64,000 nucleotides of DNA from Octopus bimaculoides (taxonomy: Eukaryota): the NCBI RefSeq assembly GCF_001194135.2, contig NC_068983.1, positions 61,369,566 through 61,433,565 on the forward strand, in the 5' to 3' direction. A program made the position numbers and the translations under genes. Each line of letters opens with the position of its first letter. Position 1 is the first letter of the stretch. Below are positions 1 to 11,870 of this stretch, one piece after another. The notes beneath the pieces were generated by a model, which was not told the DNA's origin, searched no databases, and worked only from the letters and a program-made list of their open reading frames with translations.

Positions 1-337
1 GCGGGCGTTCCTGTAGTACTTGATGCCAAAGTTTGGCACCAGTCCTTCCAGTATTTTCCATATGTATATTATCACATATCTCTCCCGCCTGCGCTCCAGG
101 GAGTAGAGACCTAGTGCCTTCAGTCGCTCCCTGTAGTTCATCTGTTGGACTGTGGCGATCTTTTTTGTATAGTGCCGCTGAATTGCCTCGAGTTCTGCTG
201 TCCGCTTAACACTGTGTGGTGACCACAACTGAGAGCAATAGTCTAGGCGGCTCAGAACAAATGTCTTCCACAGAGTCAACATGACTTTTTGATCCCTTGT
301 ACGGAATGTCCTCAGTATCCACCCTGCCAGTTGTCTG
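1..337 (-). mobile_element. CR1-clade LINE, RT C-terminal region, 5'-truncated, runs off window edge
   Basis: Open minus frame [36 protein letters not shown]...LGLYSLERRRERYVIIYIWKILEGLVPN; CpG-rich, so likely young. Confidence 0.85.
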
Positions 338-488
338 TATATATACATATACACAGATTTATATATACATATGCACAGATTTATATATACATATACACAG
401 ATTTTTTATATACATATATAGATATATGCACACATATATAATATATATACACACATATATATATATATACACACATATATATATATAT

Positions 489-534
<46 letters not shown>

Positions 535-572
535 ATATATATATACACATACATATATATATACATAACTAT

Positions 573-604
<32 letters not shown>

Positions 605-661
605 ACTATACATATATATATATACACACACACACATATCTATATGTAACTATACATATAT

Positions 662-693
<32 letters not shown>

Positions 694-716
694 TTTACAC
701 ACACACACACACATAC
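338..716. repeat. Compound (TA)n/(CA)n microsatellite
   Basis: Directly visible dinucleotide runs. Confidence 0.95.
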
Positions 717-718
717 AT

Positions 719-1040
719 GTGAAGGCATATAGCTCAGTGGTTAGAGCATCGAGCTTACAATTGTAATATTGTGAGTTCGATTCCTGGACCAAGCTGTGTG
801 TTGTGTTCTTGAGCAACAAACTTTATTTCATGTTGCTCCAGTTAATTGAGCTGTAGAAATGAGTACCGAGCTGTATGGATTTTTGCCTTTCCCTTGGATA
901 AGATCGATGGCATGGAGAGGGGAGGTTCATATGCATGGGCGATTGCTGCCCTTCCATAAACAATCTTCCCTGGACTTGTGCGCGGAGGATAACTTTCTAG
1001 GTGCAATCCCATGGCCAGTCATGACCTAAGGGGGTTTCCT
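719..1040 (+). mobile_element. tRNA-derived SINE
   Basis: A box tagctcagtgg, B box gttcgattcc, followed by ttgtgttcttgagcaa core and non-tRNA body. Confidence 0.8.
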
Positions 1041-1119
1041 ATATACATATATATATATGTATACATATTTATAAATATATACACATACATATACATGTAC
1101 ACATATATGTACTTAATAA

Positions 1120-1165
<46 letters not shown>

Positions 1166-1221
1166 ATACCGGAGTAAGCATATAAGCATATACATATATA
1201 TATATAAAAAAAAATATTCCA

Positions 1222-1500
1222 GCGGGGTTGTTGCCAGTGGCTCCTGTGCTGGTGGCACGTAAAAAATACCATTTGAGCATGGCCGTTGCCAGTACCGCTT
1301 ACATGGCCTTTGTGCCGGTGGCACGTAAAAGCAACGACAACACTCTTGGAGTGGTTGGCGTTAGGAAGGGCATTCAGTTGTAGAAACTCTGTCAGATCAG
1401 ATTGGAGACTGGTGCAGAAATCTTGTTCACCAGTCCACAGTCAAATCGTCCAACCTATGCCAGCATAGAAAGCAGACATTAAACGATGGTGATGATGATG
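1222..1500 (+). mobile_element. RTE LINE 3' UTR fragment ending in (GAT)n
   Basis: ggcacgtaaaa...ggagtggttggcgttaggaagggca...gtccaacc...gatgatgatg, same as tails at 9.2-9.55, 45.7-46.0 and 49.5-49.87 kb. Confidence 0.85.
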
Positions 1501-1546
1501 ATATATACATATAAACATATAGAAATATATATGCATACATATATAT

Positions 1547-1585
<39 letters not shown>

Positions 1586-2028
1586 TATAAATATACACAT
1601 ATACATAAATATATATGCATATACATATATATATACATATACATGTATACATATATACACACACATACATATATACACACACATATATATACACACATAT
1701 ATATACATACACACATATATACATACATATAAACATATATATACACACATATAAACATATATATACACACATATAAACATATATATACACACATATATAT
1801 ATACACACACATATATATACACACACATATATATATACACACATATATATATACATATATATATACACATATATACATACGTATATATACACATATATAT
1901 ATATACATACGTATATATATATATATATATACACACACACATACGTATATATATATATATATACACATACATATATATATACATATATGTATAAATATAT
2001 ATACACATATATATACATATGTATATAA
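1501..2028. repeat. Compound (TA)n/(TACA)n microsatellite
   Basis: Directly visible; ends at N gap. Confidence 0.95.
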
Positions 2029-2128
2029 NNNNNNNNNNNNNNNNNNNNNNNNNNNNNNNNNNNNNNNNNNNNNNNNNNNNNNNNNNNNNNNNNNNNNNNN
2101 NNNNNNNNNNNNNNNNNNNNNNNNNNNN

Positions 2129-3110
2129 TTTCACAGTGGAAAGCAGCTTCACATGTGCTTCAGAGAACCTGATATATGCACTAACCTGCTGTGGGTGTGA
2201 AGAGCAATACAGGGTAAACAAAAATCAATCTACGTCAAAGCATGACTCTGCAGAGATCTCAGGTCAAAATTATAAAAAAAAAACAGAAAATTATCATGCA
2301 GCCAACACATCGACATTTTTGCACCAATAACAAAAATCCAAGCTTCAGAATTTTTCACTTCTATCAATTCCGAAACGATACAACCTGTAGCCAATGAATT
2401 AGTAAAGAGACTCTCTTTATTACAAAATACAGACCACTTTTGAATGCATCTACAACAAATGACATATCCACCATGACCTTAGAATAACACACACAAAAAT
2501 TAAAAATGATACATTCAATAGAGATACCCAAGAGTTCGTTAAAAACAGTCCCAATCACTGCTATAATCCACAATGAGCCACTTTTAGGTCACTTGACCAG
2601 TTAACATCCTACTACTATCATACTATCCATCATTCTCTTATTATTTTCTCTTCTTCTTTCTCCTTCATCGTTTTCTTCCTCTCCATCACCTCCTTCTTTA
2701 CTTTACTACTACTGGTGTTTAGAATAACACCTATGCAAATATAAACAATACATTCAAAAGAGATGTCTCAAGAATTCAATCACTACTACCATCCACAACA
2801 AGTCACTTTCAGGGCACTTGACCATTTAACATCCTACTACTATCATAGCACTCCCACATTCTTCTTCTCTGCCAAGAATTCACAACCACCTCGAACTCAC
2901 AAGAGTAAACAAGAGAGACAGAGATAGGCAGAAACAAGGAAAATGCCCCTTGTATTTGAATACTATGCAAATATTCTTTTAAAAAACTTTTCATTTAATT
3001 TTTCTAAAATTTAATTGTTTTGCATACTTACAGTTGAAAAAGTCTCAATGACCAAAACCGGTACTGAAATGTTTTTTATAAAATTATTTTAGCATTTTCT
3101 AACTTGACTT
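2129..3110 (+). mobile_element. Penelope-like element remnant (GIY-YIG end, diverged ~150-bp direct repeat, decayed hammerhead)
   Basis: FTVESSFTCASENLIYALTCCGCEEQY is GIY-YIG-like; later KETLFITKYRPLLNA; repeats at ~2470-2640 and ~2720-2870; hammerhead-like motif at 3031-3066. Confidence 0.7.
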
Positions 3111-3204
3111 TTTTTTCCATATATATATATATCAACTCGTGTTTTCCTTTTCAACCTTCTACATATATATATATATATATACACACATATATATTATATA
3201 TATG

Positions 3205-3255
<51 letters not shown>

Positions 3256-6200
3256 TATGTAAGCTAGAAGAAATGTAAACTCAAAATACATGAAATCACA
3301 AATTTAGTACATGTTATGTAAATAGTATGTAAATGTTATAAGTATGTTTTTTATGCTAAATTTATCACATGCTAAATTTATGTGTTAGATTTGTAAGACA
3401 AACTAAAGCTATCTCTGAAATGATGGAAATAACGAATATTGAAAGATGATATCTAATGGATAAAAATGTTCTTAATCAGAATGATTGGTTGTGCATTTCA
3501 CATTTACTGTTAATGTTATCAGTACCTGAACAAACACTAGGTTAAAAAAAAAACAAAAAAACTCTATTCATTGCATGCAGTTCATAATTAGCCATATTGA
3601 AATTGTAATATATTTTCAGTATAAGTTATTTCAAAAATCAATTGGAAAATTTTATTTTATATAATCTAATTGCAAGTAAATGCTGGAGAAGGGAAATTAA
3701 TTAAAGGTTTGACTGATAAGAGGTGGCATAAGTGAATGCAAAAGTACTAAATACATATCTGATGATTTAAAATAACACTTATTTTTAATTCTTACAAGGA
3801 TGTTTGCTAACATCCAAAATGTATAATCTTAGGCAAATAATTTAAAATAAAACACATGATAAATATAATCAAGTTTGCAAGACTAAAAGGGTGATATTTT
3901 AATCTATATTTGCCAATATTTAACAAGAAAGTGAAAGGAATCCAAACTGAAGTTTGTTTTTTATTATTTTATAACTATCTACAACTATTTTAGCTTATAA
4001 AATTCTTTCTATGGAATACTATATCAATTAAAAAGATTAAACTATTCTTTTTTAGTTTATCTTGACTTGAAACGGATTCCATTTCAAAAGAAAGTGGTTG
4101 AACTAAATAGAAATAAATCAACTTATTAATTATCAGAAATATCTGATCTGTAGAATGAGAAGAGTAAAATATAATTTTAACCTATCAAATTATGGAGTAT
4201 TATATTCTGATAAAAATAATTACATGAGATGAATTACACGAGATGAATTACATGAGATGAATTGCCTAACTAATATAGAATATTAACATTTAGAAAAGCC
4301 AGCATTTCTATGATAATTATATTATGACATGGTTTAATAAATTAATAACAATTATTAAATAATATTAAACTTCAGTCATACCTATAGATAATCAGAATAC
4401 GAGTTGCTAGTGTAAATTAGATATATGCAACAGATTTGTGAAAATGAGAAAAAATTGTCTAGAGAAGTATGAAGAATACTAAATCTTATAATTTTAACAA
4501 ATGTGACCATAATCATAATGAAGCATTACTTAGTAAAATACTTTCCAAGAATTTTAAATTCTAACAATTCCTACAAACAGCATTAAAGTTTTTAAAACTT
4601 GTATGGTCATTTACAGTTTACAGTGGGATTTCTGTAAATGTAATGAAAATAACATACAGTTATATAATTTAATTTATAATCATTAATATTATTCAGAACT
4701 GAACAATTTTAGTTTCAAAATACGAGCTTTAAAAGTGTAGAAATAATAGACAGATAATAGATTCTTAGAGATTTTTGATTAAATATGAAATTTAAATTTA
4801 CAAGAGCTAATGGAAAAAGTGAAATACACACAGTGCCAACATGACCTAAAGACAAGATAAAACAAGATCTGAAAACTTTACCAAGGTAAACACTTCCTAA
4901 GATACAAGAATCTACTACCACCATAACCTCTACTGCTATCACCAGAACCAACCAGACAAAAAAACAAGATGTGGAAAAGAGTAAAATAAATAATCTTATG
5001 TAAAGCTGTAAGCTGTTAGGTTATAAATATATTACTTGATGTAAAAATTAAACCAAAACAAGACAGGGTTACATGATTGGGCAATAGAAGAAATCCATTC
5101 CATAGATATAATACCAGATATCAAAAGGCAGCTTCCAAGAAATAGTGATATCCACTGATTTATCTCAGAAGAAATGACAGTAAAAGAGCTTAAGATCAAT
5201 GCAGACAGCATGAATGTATCATATATACAGGGTTTCCACCCTCAAATTCATCATTGTCAACCTCAATTTCATTATCTTTAGTCTCAGTTACATTGTTGTC
5301 TATCTCAATTCTGCCATTGTCATCACTGTGAGATGGAGCAAATTTCTTTATGAACAGACATTGATATCAGTGGCTATTGCAGGATTGTAAAAGAATGTAA
5401 ACATAAAAATGTTTTGTAAAGGATTACAATTTCTGTACAACATATACTGTCACCCCTTCATATTATTGTAAATATATAGGCATTTAATACATTAGATGTA
5501 TGTAAAACTCATACTATGTCACATACACACACACAAATGACAAACAAAATCAATTTAACCTTTTATTTGTTACTCCTACTTTGTAACTGTTTTAGCATAT
5601 TCCAGATTCAGCACAATCATTTTTAATAATAAACGTCAGCCCTGTGTCAATTAATACATATATTTAAGTAGGTTGATCTAAGGATGACTGATAATTACCA
5701 AATTATTCCTCCTTCTCAACCATCATACATCTCTCACTCTCTCCATGCATTGCCTGACACTACCCTTATCCTTAACCAACACATCCACATGTCATCCCCC
5801 TCTCTCTCATCCTTTTACTGTTTATGCTATTATTGTTACTATTCTACTGCTCTTCACAACCATCTATACTGTCACTCATTACATTCTCCTGCCTTCCCCT
5901 TCCAACCTATGCATCATTGATCACCCCTCACCATCTTTGTTCACCATTCACTACATTCAGGACTGGGAGTTGTGGCAATTCGCTATACTTGAGAAGACAG
6001 GTCAAGCTAAGTAAAACCGTTGTCATTCATACATATAGGCTTGTCCTTCACAAGTGCTGGACCTGTGCCGATGGCATGTAAAAAGCACCTAGCACACTGT
6101 AAAGTGGTTGGCATTAGAAAAGGTATCCAGCCATAGAAACAATGTCACAACAGACAATTGGAATCTGGACAGCACTTTGGCTGGTCAGATCCTGTCAAAC

Positions 6201-6957
6201 TGTCCAACCCATGCCAGCATAGAAAGCAGTTATCAAATGATAATGATGAACCAACCTCTTCAGACATCACTTATTCTTCCCAACTTTCCTTTGAATGTAT
6301 ATTTATCAACGTTCCTCATTCATTTTATTTGCTCCTTCACACATTCCCAATTTTTAATCATTCTTCACTCTCTTCACACATCTTTGCAACCTCTACCTAC
6401 TCTGTTTTTCTGTCCCCTCTCCTACTCATCTTCTTGTACCTTGAAGGTTCATTGTAACATCTCCTCACCACTATTTTTTCCATTTTCCAGCTTCATCTTG
6501 ATTGCTTTCACCCAAACTTCTACAATACATGTAGGTATGTACCTCATCTACAGCAACAAACCTGTACTATTTTGGTACCTCCTTGCATACTTTAACTTCT
6601 CATCTCCTAGAATAAAGGTCCCTCCTTCTCTACGCTAATCCCACTTTGTTAAAGGGGATCTTAGACTTGTGAACTGCATAGTTACCTCAATAGTGATGGT
6701 GCAAAGAAAAAAAGCATCCAGTAAATTCTAAGAAGTAGCTGGTATTAGGAAGGGTATTTAGCTGTAAAAGCCATAAAATAGACATTGGAATATTATGCAG
6801 ACCCTGGGCTCATCAGATCTTGTCATACTATCCAATCCATGTCAGCATGGAAGACAAGCATAAAAAAATGAAGACATACACATAACACACACAAGTTTAG
6901 TGATACAAACAGGAAAATACAACTCAAAACATGAGTATATATATATTTACACACACA

Positions 6958-6995
<38 letters not shown>

Positions 6996-7026
6996 CACAC
7001 ACATATATATATATATATATATACAT

Positions 7027-7111
<85 letters not shown>

Positions 7112-7955
7112 CACAATATAATCACACACCACTACTCTTCCTCATTTGCATACCTCCATACTTCCCAAGAAACCACCTGCAACACACACACACCCCTCCT
7201 CCTAAGCTCATTTTTCTACACGTGGACACCCAACAATACATACACACTGTACCTCCTTCCTCTTAATTCCTCCCCACAGAATCACATTCCTTCCTGGCCC
7301 TAAACATTTTCCCTTTCTGTTGTTCTTTCACACCACCTTTCCTTCTCTATTTACTCATTTTTTAAAAATTTTTGATGGAGGACTAGCATGTGAAATATCA
7401 GACTTTTACCTTCCTTTTAAGGAGTAAACTAATGACATCTTTTAAAAATTTGTCTCATTTAGCCTCCTTATTTGCTCACTATCTAACACACACACACACA
7501 CACACACACATATCGTTGCTATTATGTTAAACAGTCGTATGCCCAAATTTGGCCAAATGTTTTTTTTTACCAATATTTAATATTGCTTGCAATAGCCGGT
7601 TCTTTTGGTCAAGCTATCGTATCTCCAGCTGCCAAGATATCAAAAATTCTCAAAGTGTAGTACAATGGTTTTGCTATGAAATGGTGAAACTATTTTGTTT
7701 TCTGAAAAAGCAATATTTTGGACTTACAACACTTTTGCATGTTAAGGAAAGGGAAAAGAAGCAGTCAGAATTTAAGATAATTCTTCACTTAGCACCTTTA
7801 TCCATTCATGGGGACTCTTCAGAATAAATTTTCTGTAAAATTTTACAGACAATTTATTCTAAAGAGTCTCCATGAATGGATAAAGATCTTAATAATCTCA
7901 AATTCTAACTGCCTCTTTTCTCTTAATATACATAATCTGTACATCACTTCTACCA

Positions 7956-8004
<49 letters not shown>

Positions 8005-8606
8005 ACATCCTTGTTTTGACATCATATGATGGTTGTAATTGAACACTGCCATCATGAAAGTGATGTTTGTATCCAGAAACATGTCTGGCTAAAGGGAAAT
8101 ATGACCTTACCTGGAGACAGCTGTAAAAATCTGCCTCAATAACTTCTGTCTGTCTCATGTAAGCATGGAAAAGTGGATGACATATATATATGACACTATT
8201 TCTCAGTTTCTGTAATTATGTGAAAGCAGAACTGCATGTATTCCTTCCTCCTTTTTGTACTACCATTAATCCCTCTTCTTTCCACTCATCTCACACCACT
8301 ATATGTCTACTGAATGCCTGTTTCTCCTGAACATCATCTTATCTCTGTTAACGATGGACCTTTTTTCTAAATCACTTTATCCACCCCTTTGTATGTTAGA
8401 GCTCTGTAACTGCATCGTCTGTTTCTCCCAACACTTTACTTCATTTCCCCTTATCTATCCACTCACCCAAACCCGATTCTTTGGCCCTGTTCTCTTTCTC
8501 TCTCTCTATTCACTTTTTCATATGCCCTGACACACCATTTGTACCATCCTTTCTCCTTCTCCAGCTGGTGTACCCATGTATTTTGTTTACAGCAAAATAC
8601 CTGTTC

Positions 8607-9559
8607 ATCCCCTGCTGGCGACAAAGGGACTCTCACTCAGAGTAAAAGGCAGACTGTATGACGCATGCGTACGAACAACCATGCTACATGGCAGTGAAAC
8701 ATGGGCTGTAACTGCTGAGGACATACGTAAGCTCGCAAGGAATGAAGCCAGTATGCTCCGTTGGATGTGTAATGTCAATGTGAATACCCGTCAGAGTGTA
8801 AGTATCTTGAGAGAAAAGCTGAACATTAGAAGCATCAGTTGTGGCGTGCAAGAGAGACGATTGCGCTGGTATGGACATGTGGTGAGAATGGAGGAGGATA
8901 GCTGCGTGAAAAAGTGCCACACCCTAACNNNNNNNNNNNNNNNNNNNNNNNNNNNNNNNNNNNNNNNNNNNNNNNNNNNNNNNNNNNNNNNNNNNNNNNN
9001 NNNNNNNNNNNNNNNNNNNNNNNNNNNNNNNNNNNNNNNNNNNNNNNNNNNNNNNNNNNNNNNNNNNNNNNNNNNNNNNNNNNNNNNNNNNNNNNNNNNN
9101 NNNNNNNNNNNNNNNNNNNNNNNNNNNNNNNNNNNNNNNNNNNNNNNNNNNNNNNNNNNNNNNNNNNNNNNNNNNNNNNNATCGTTGCCAGTGCCCCTGG
9201 ACTGGTTCTTGTGCGGGTGGCACATGAGATGCACCATTTTGAGCGTGGCCGTTGCCAGTACCGCCTGACTGGCTCCTGTAGGATTTTCGAGCGAGATCGT
9301 TGCCAGTGCCCCTGGACTGGCTTGTGCGGGTGGCACATAAAAGACACCATTTCGAGCGTGGCCGTTTTCGTGCGGGTGACACGTAAAAGCACCCACTACA
9401 CTCTCTGAGTGGTTGGCGTTAGGAAGGGCATCCAGCTGTAGAAATTCTGCCAAATCAGACTGGAGCCTGGTGTTGCCATCCGGTTTCACCAGTCCTCAGT
9501 CAAATCGTCCAACCCATGCTAGCATGGAAAGCGGACGTTAAACGATGATGATGATCCCC
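8607..9559 (+). mobile_element. 5'-truncated RTE-clade LINE (RT C-terminus + repeat-rich 3' UTR), interrupted by N gap
   Basis: [32 protein letters not shown]...RRLRWYGHVVRM; tail aacgatgatgatg; possible 6-bp TSD atcccc at 8607-8612 and 9554-9559. Confidence 0.9.
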
Positions 9560-9854
9560 CTCCTTTCTACTTTAGACAATATATAGCACAAAGCCACCTC
9601 TTTTAATACTGCACCCACATTGTGTAAAGGGGTCTTCTCTTGTTTATTATTTGGTGATCCCACTAGAGCTGGCATCATCCAATATACTCTGTAAAGCAAT
9701 TGTCATTAAGAAAGGCATCCAGCCATAGAAACTTTGCCTAAGCAGACACTAGAAACCAAAACCCACAGGGTAGGTAGATCCTGTCAAACCATGCCAGCAT
9801 TAAAAAAGGATGATGATATACATATGTATACATACACACACACATATCCTTTGT

Positions 9855-10015
9855 GTTTTACTTATTTCAGTCATTAGACTGCTGCCATGCTGGGGTACTG
9901 CCTAGAAGAATTATTAGTCAAATGAATTGATCCCAGTACTTTTGTTTTTAAAGTCTGCAACAACTTCTATAGGTTTCTTTTGCTGAACCACTAAAGTATG
10001 GGGACATAAACAAAC
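9855..10015 (-). mobile_element. SINE 3' portion
   Basis: cagtcattagactgctgccatgctgg...ttttgctgaaccactaaagtatggggacataaac, same family as 50.05-50.42 and 61.25-61.60 kb. Confidence 0.7.
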
Positions 10016-10028
10016 ACACATAATATAA

Positions 10029-10092
<64 letters not shown>

Positions 10093-11837
10093 NNNNNNNN
10101 NNNNNNNNNNNNNNNNNNNNNNNNNNNNNNNNNNNNNNNNNNNNNNNNNNNNNNNNNNNNNNNNNNNNNNNNNNNNNNNNNNNNNNNNNNNNNNNNNNNN
10201 NNNNNNNNNNNNNNNNNNNNNNNNNNNNNNNNNNNNNNNNNNNNNNNNNNNNNNNNNNNNNNNNNNNNNNNNNNNNNNNNNNNNNNNNNNGCAATGAAGG
10301 TCACGTCATGCCTCCACACTTTTTCCCCACAAGGTCTTAGGGTCACTGGAGTGAGCTACATTGAGATAACAAAGGCTGTTGTCAAATCCCAGACAGAGAG
10401 AGTTGCTCAAGGGTGACTGTACGTGTAAATGAAACTTTTTGAAAATGAACTTTATCTTGTGGTTTTATGCCACTATGGTCTTCTGAATATCACAATGGTG
10501 TGAAACTTGAGTCATGAAATAAAAGTTCAATTTTTGTGAACCATATTCTATGCAACATGCATATTAAGCTCACTCTCCCTCAAGTGTTGGACAGGATTCA
10601 ACATATCTATACACACATATATACATATACATTCATATCTATAAACATAAATACACACACACACATAACGTACTCTATACAAATATTGAGTTCTTTCTTA
10701 TTATATTATTTCCTTTTTTATAAACTGAAGAGTGTATATATATCTTAATAAAAAGAATTTAATGAGCTAAGGAAGCAAGTTCATGACATGAATTTCGATT
10801 AGTTAACGTTTGATGCAATGAACGACACATTAAAATATTTTTTCTCAAGTGAAATTTCTCTGTAGTTGGAGATAGAAAACAAAGACCTAGTGGTAATAGT
10901 TAGCTAGTTTCAAATTATAAATATATAATTTTTCAGTTGTGAAAAATTATATATTTATGTTACTAAATTTATAACAAGATTATGGTAAAACTGGATCTTT
11001 GTTTGCAAACAAAGGACAACTATGGACAGGTTTTGGTCTTAATGGATTTCATTAGCATAAGTATACTTGTATGAGTTACGATCAGTTTACAATAGGTTTT
11101 GTAAGTAGAAAAGACATACGAAGGATTTTAGCCAGAATAATTTACATAAAGAAATACCTTTTATATATATTCTTTAACATGCAAATCATATTTGCTAAAA
11201 ATTCTTTTATACTATTTCTACTTGTAACATTATAAACTGATGAAACAAGGTCTGAGCAGCCAGTATTATGTTGATGAGTTTCAATGATAGTAAAACATAA
11301 TCATAGTTGTCCCCTTGCTTGAAAACCAAAAAGATCAGTTTTTTTCCCCAAGCTTGTTAATTCATTCCATGAAACTAACTTAATTTCTTGAAATTATCTT
11401 TTCTTTCAGTCACCAACAATTACTGTTCAGTTTTTGTTTCTTTTTTCCAAATGAGAAATTCCAATTAATTGAGAAGTTTTTGTGTTGCATGTCATTCAGC
11501 ACATAATCTTGTTACTTATTTAATTATATCAGTGCCTACACAGATGTGTATATACACACACACAAACTTATATATTCATTTATATAATTATACATGGATA
11601 TATATTAATTTTCTCTCTAATTAAATATACAAACATTTCATATATTTTTACCAAATTATAATATATTAACAAAAGTAAGCATCATTGATGGTTACAATAT
11701 AATATTCATATTCTTCTGAGACAAAATTCAGAAGATTATTAGGGTTAAATTACTATGTTTACCAGACTAGCTATGAAGGAGTGAAAAGCAGCCACTGATA
11801 CATACAGCATGCAATTGATGATACAAGGATACAGAAG

Positions 11838-11870
<33 letters not shown>

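Noticed and set aside
722-795. tRNA-like A/B boxes
   Set aside because: No complete cloverleaf; continues into a SINE body.
297-2330. Many ORF-track entries rich in YI/CV/HT dipeptides (also at 6.8-7.3, 10.0, 50-52 and 60 kb)
   Set aside because: Translations of (TA)n/(CA)n microsatellites, not genes.
5200-5370. Acidic minus-strand frame (SHSDDNGRIEIDNN...DNDEFEGGNP)
   Set aside because: Weak splice sites, nearby stops, no MADD similarity; more likely a decayed transposon.
9181-9400. Regularly spaced direct repeats resembling a CRISPR array
   Set aside because: Eukaryotic context, no cas genes, inter-repeat sequences are similar to each other; part of the RTE LINE 3' UTR.
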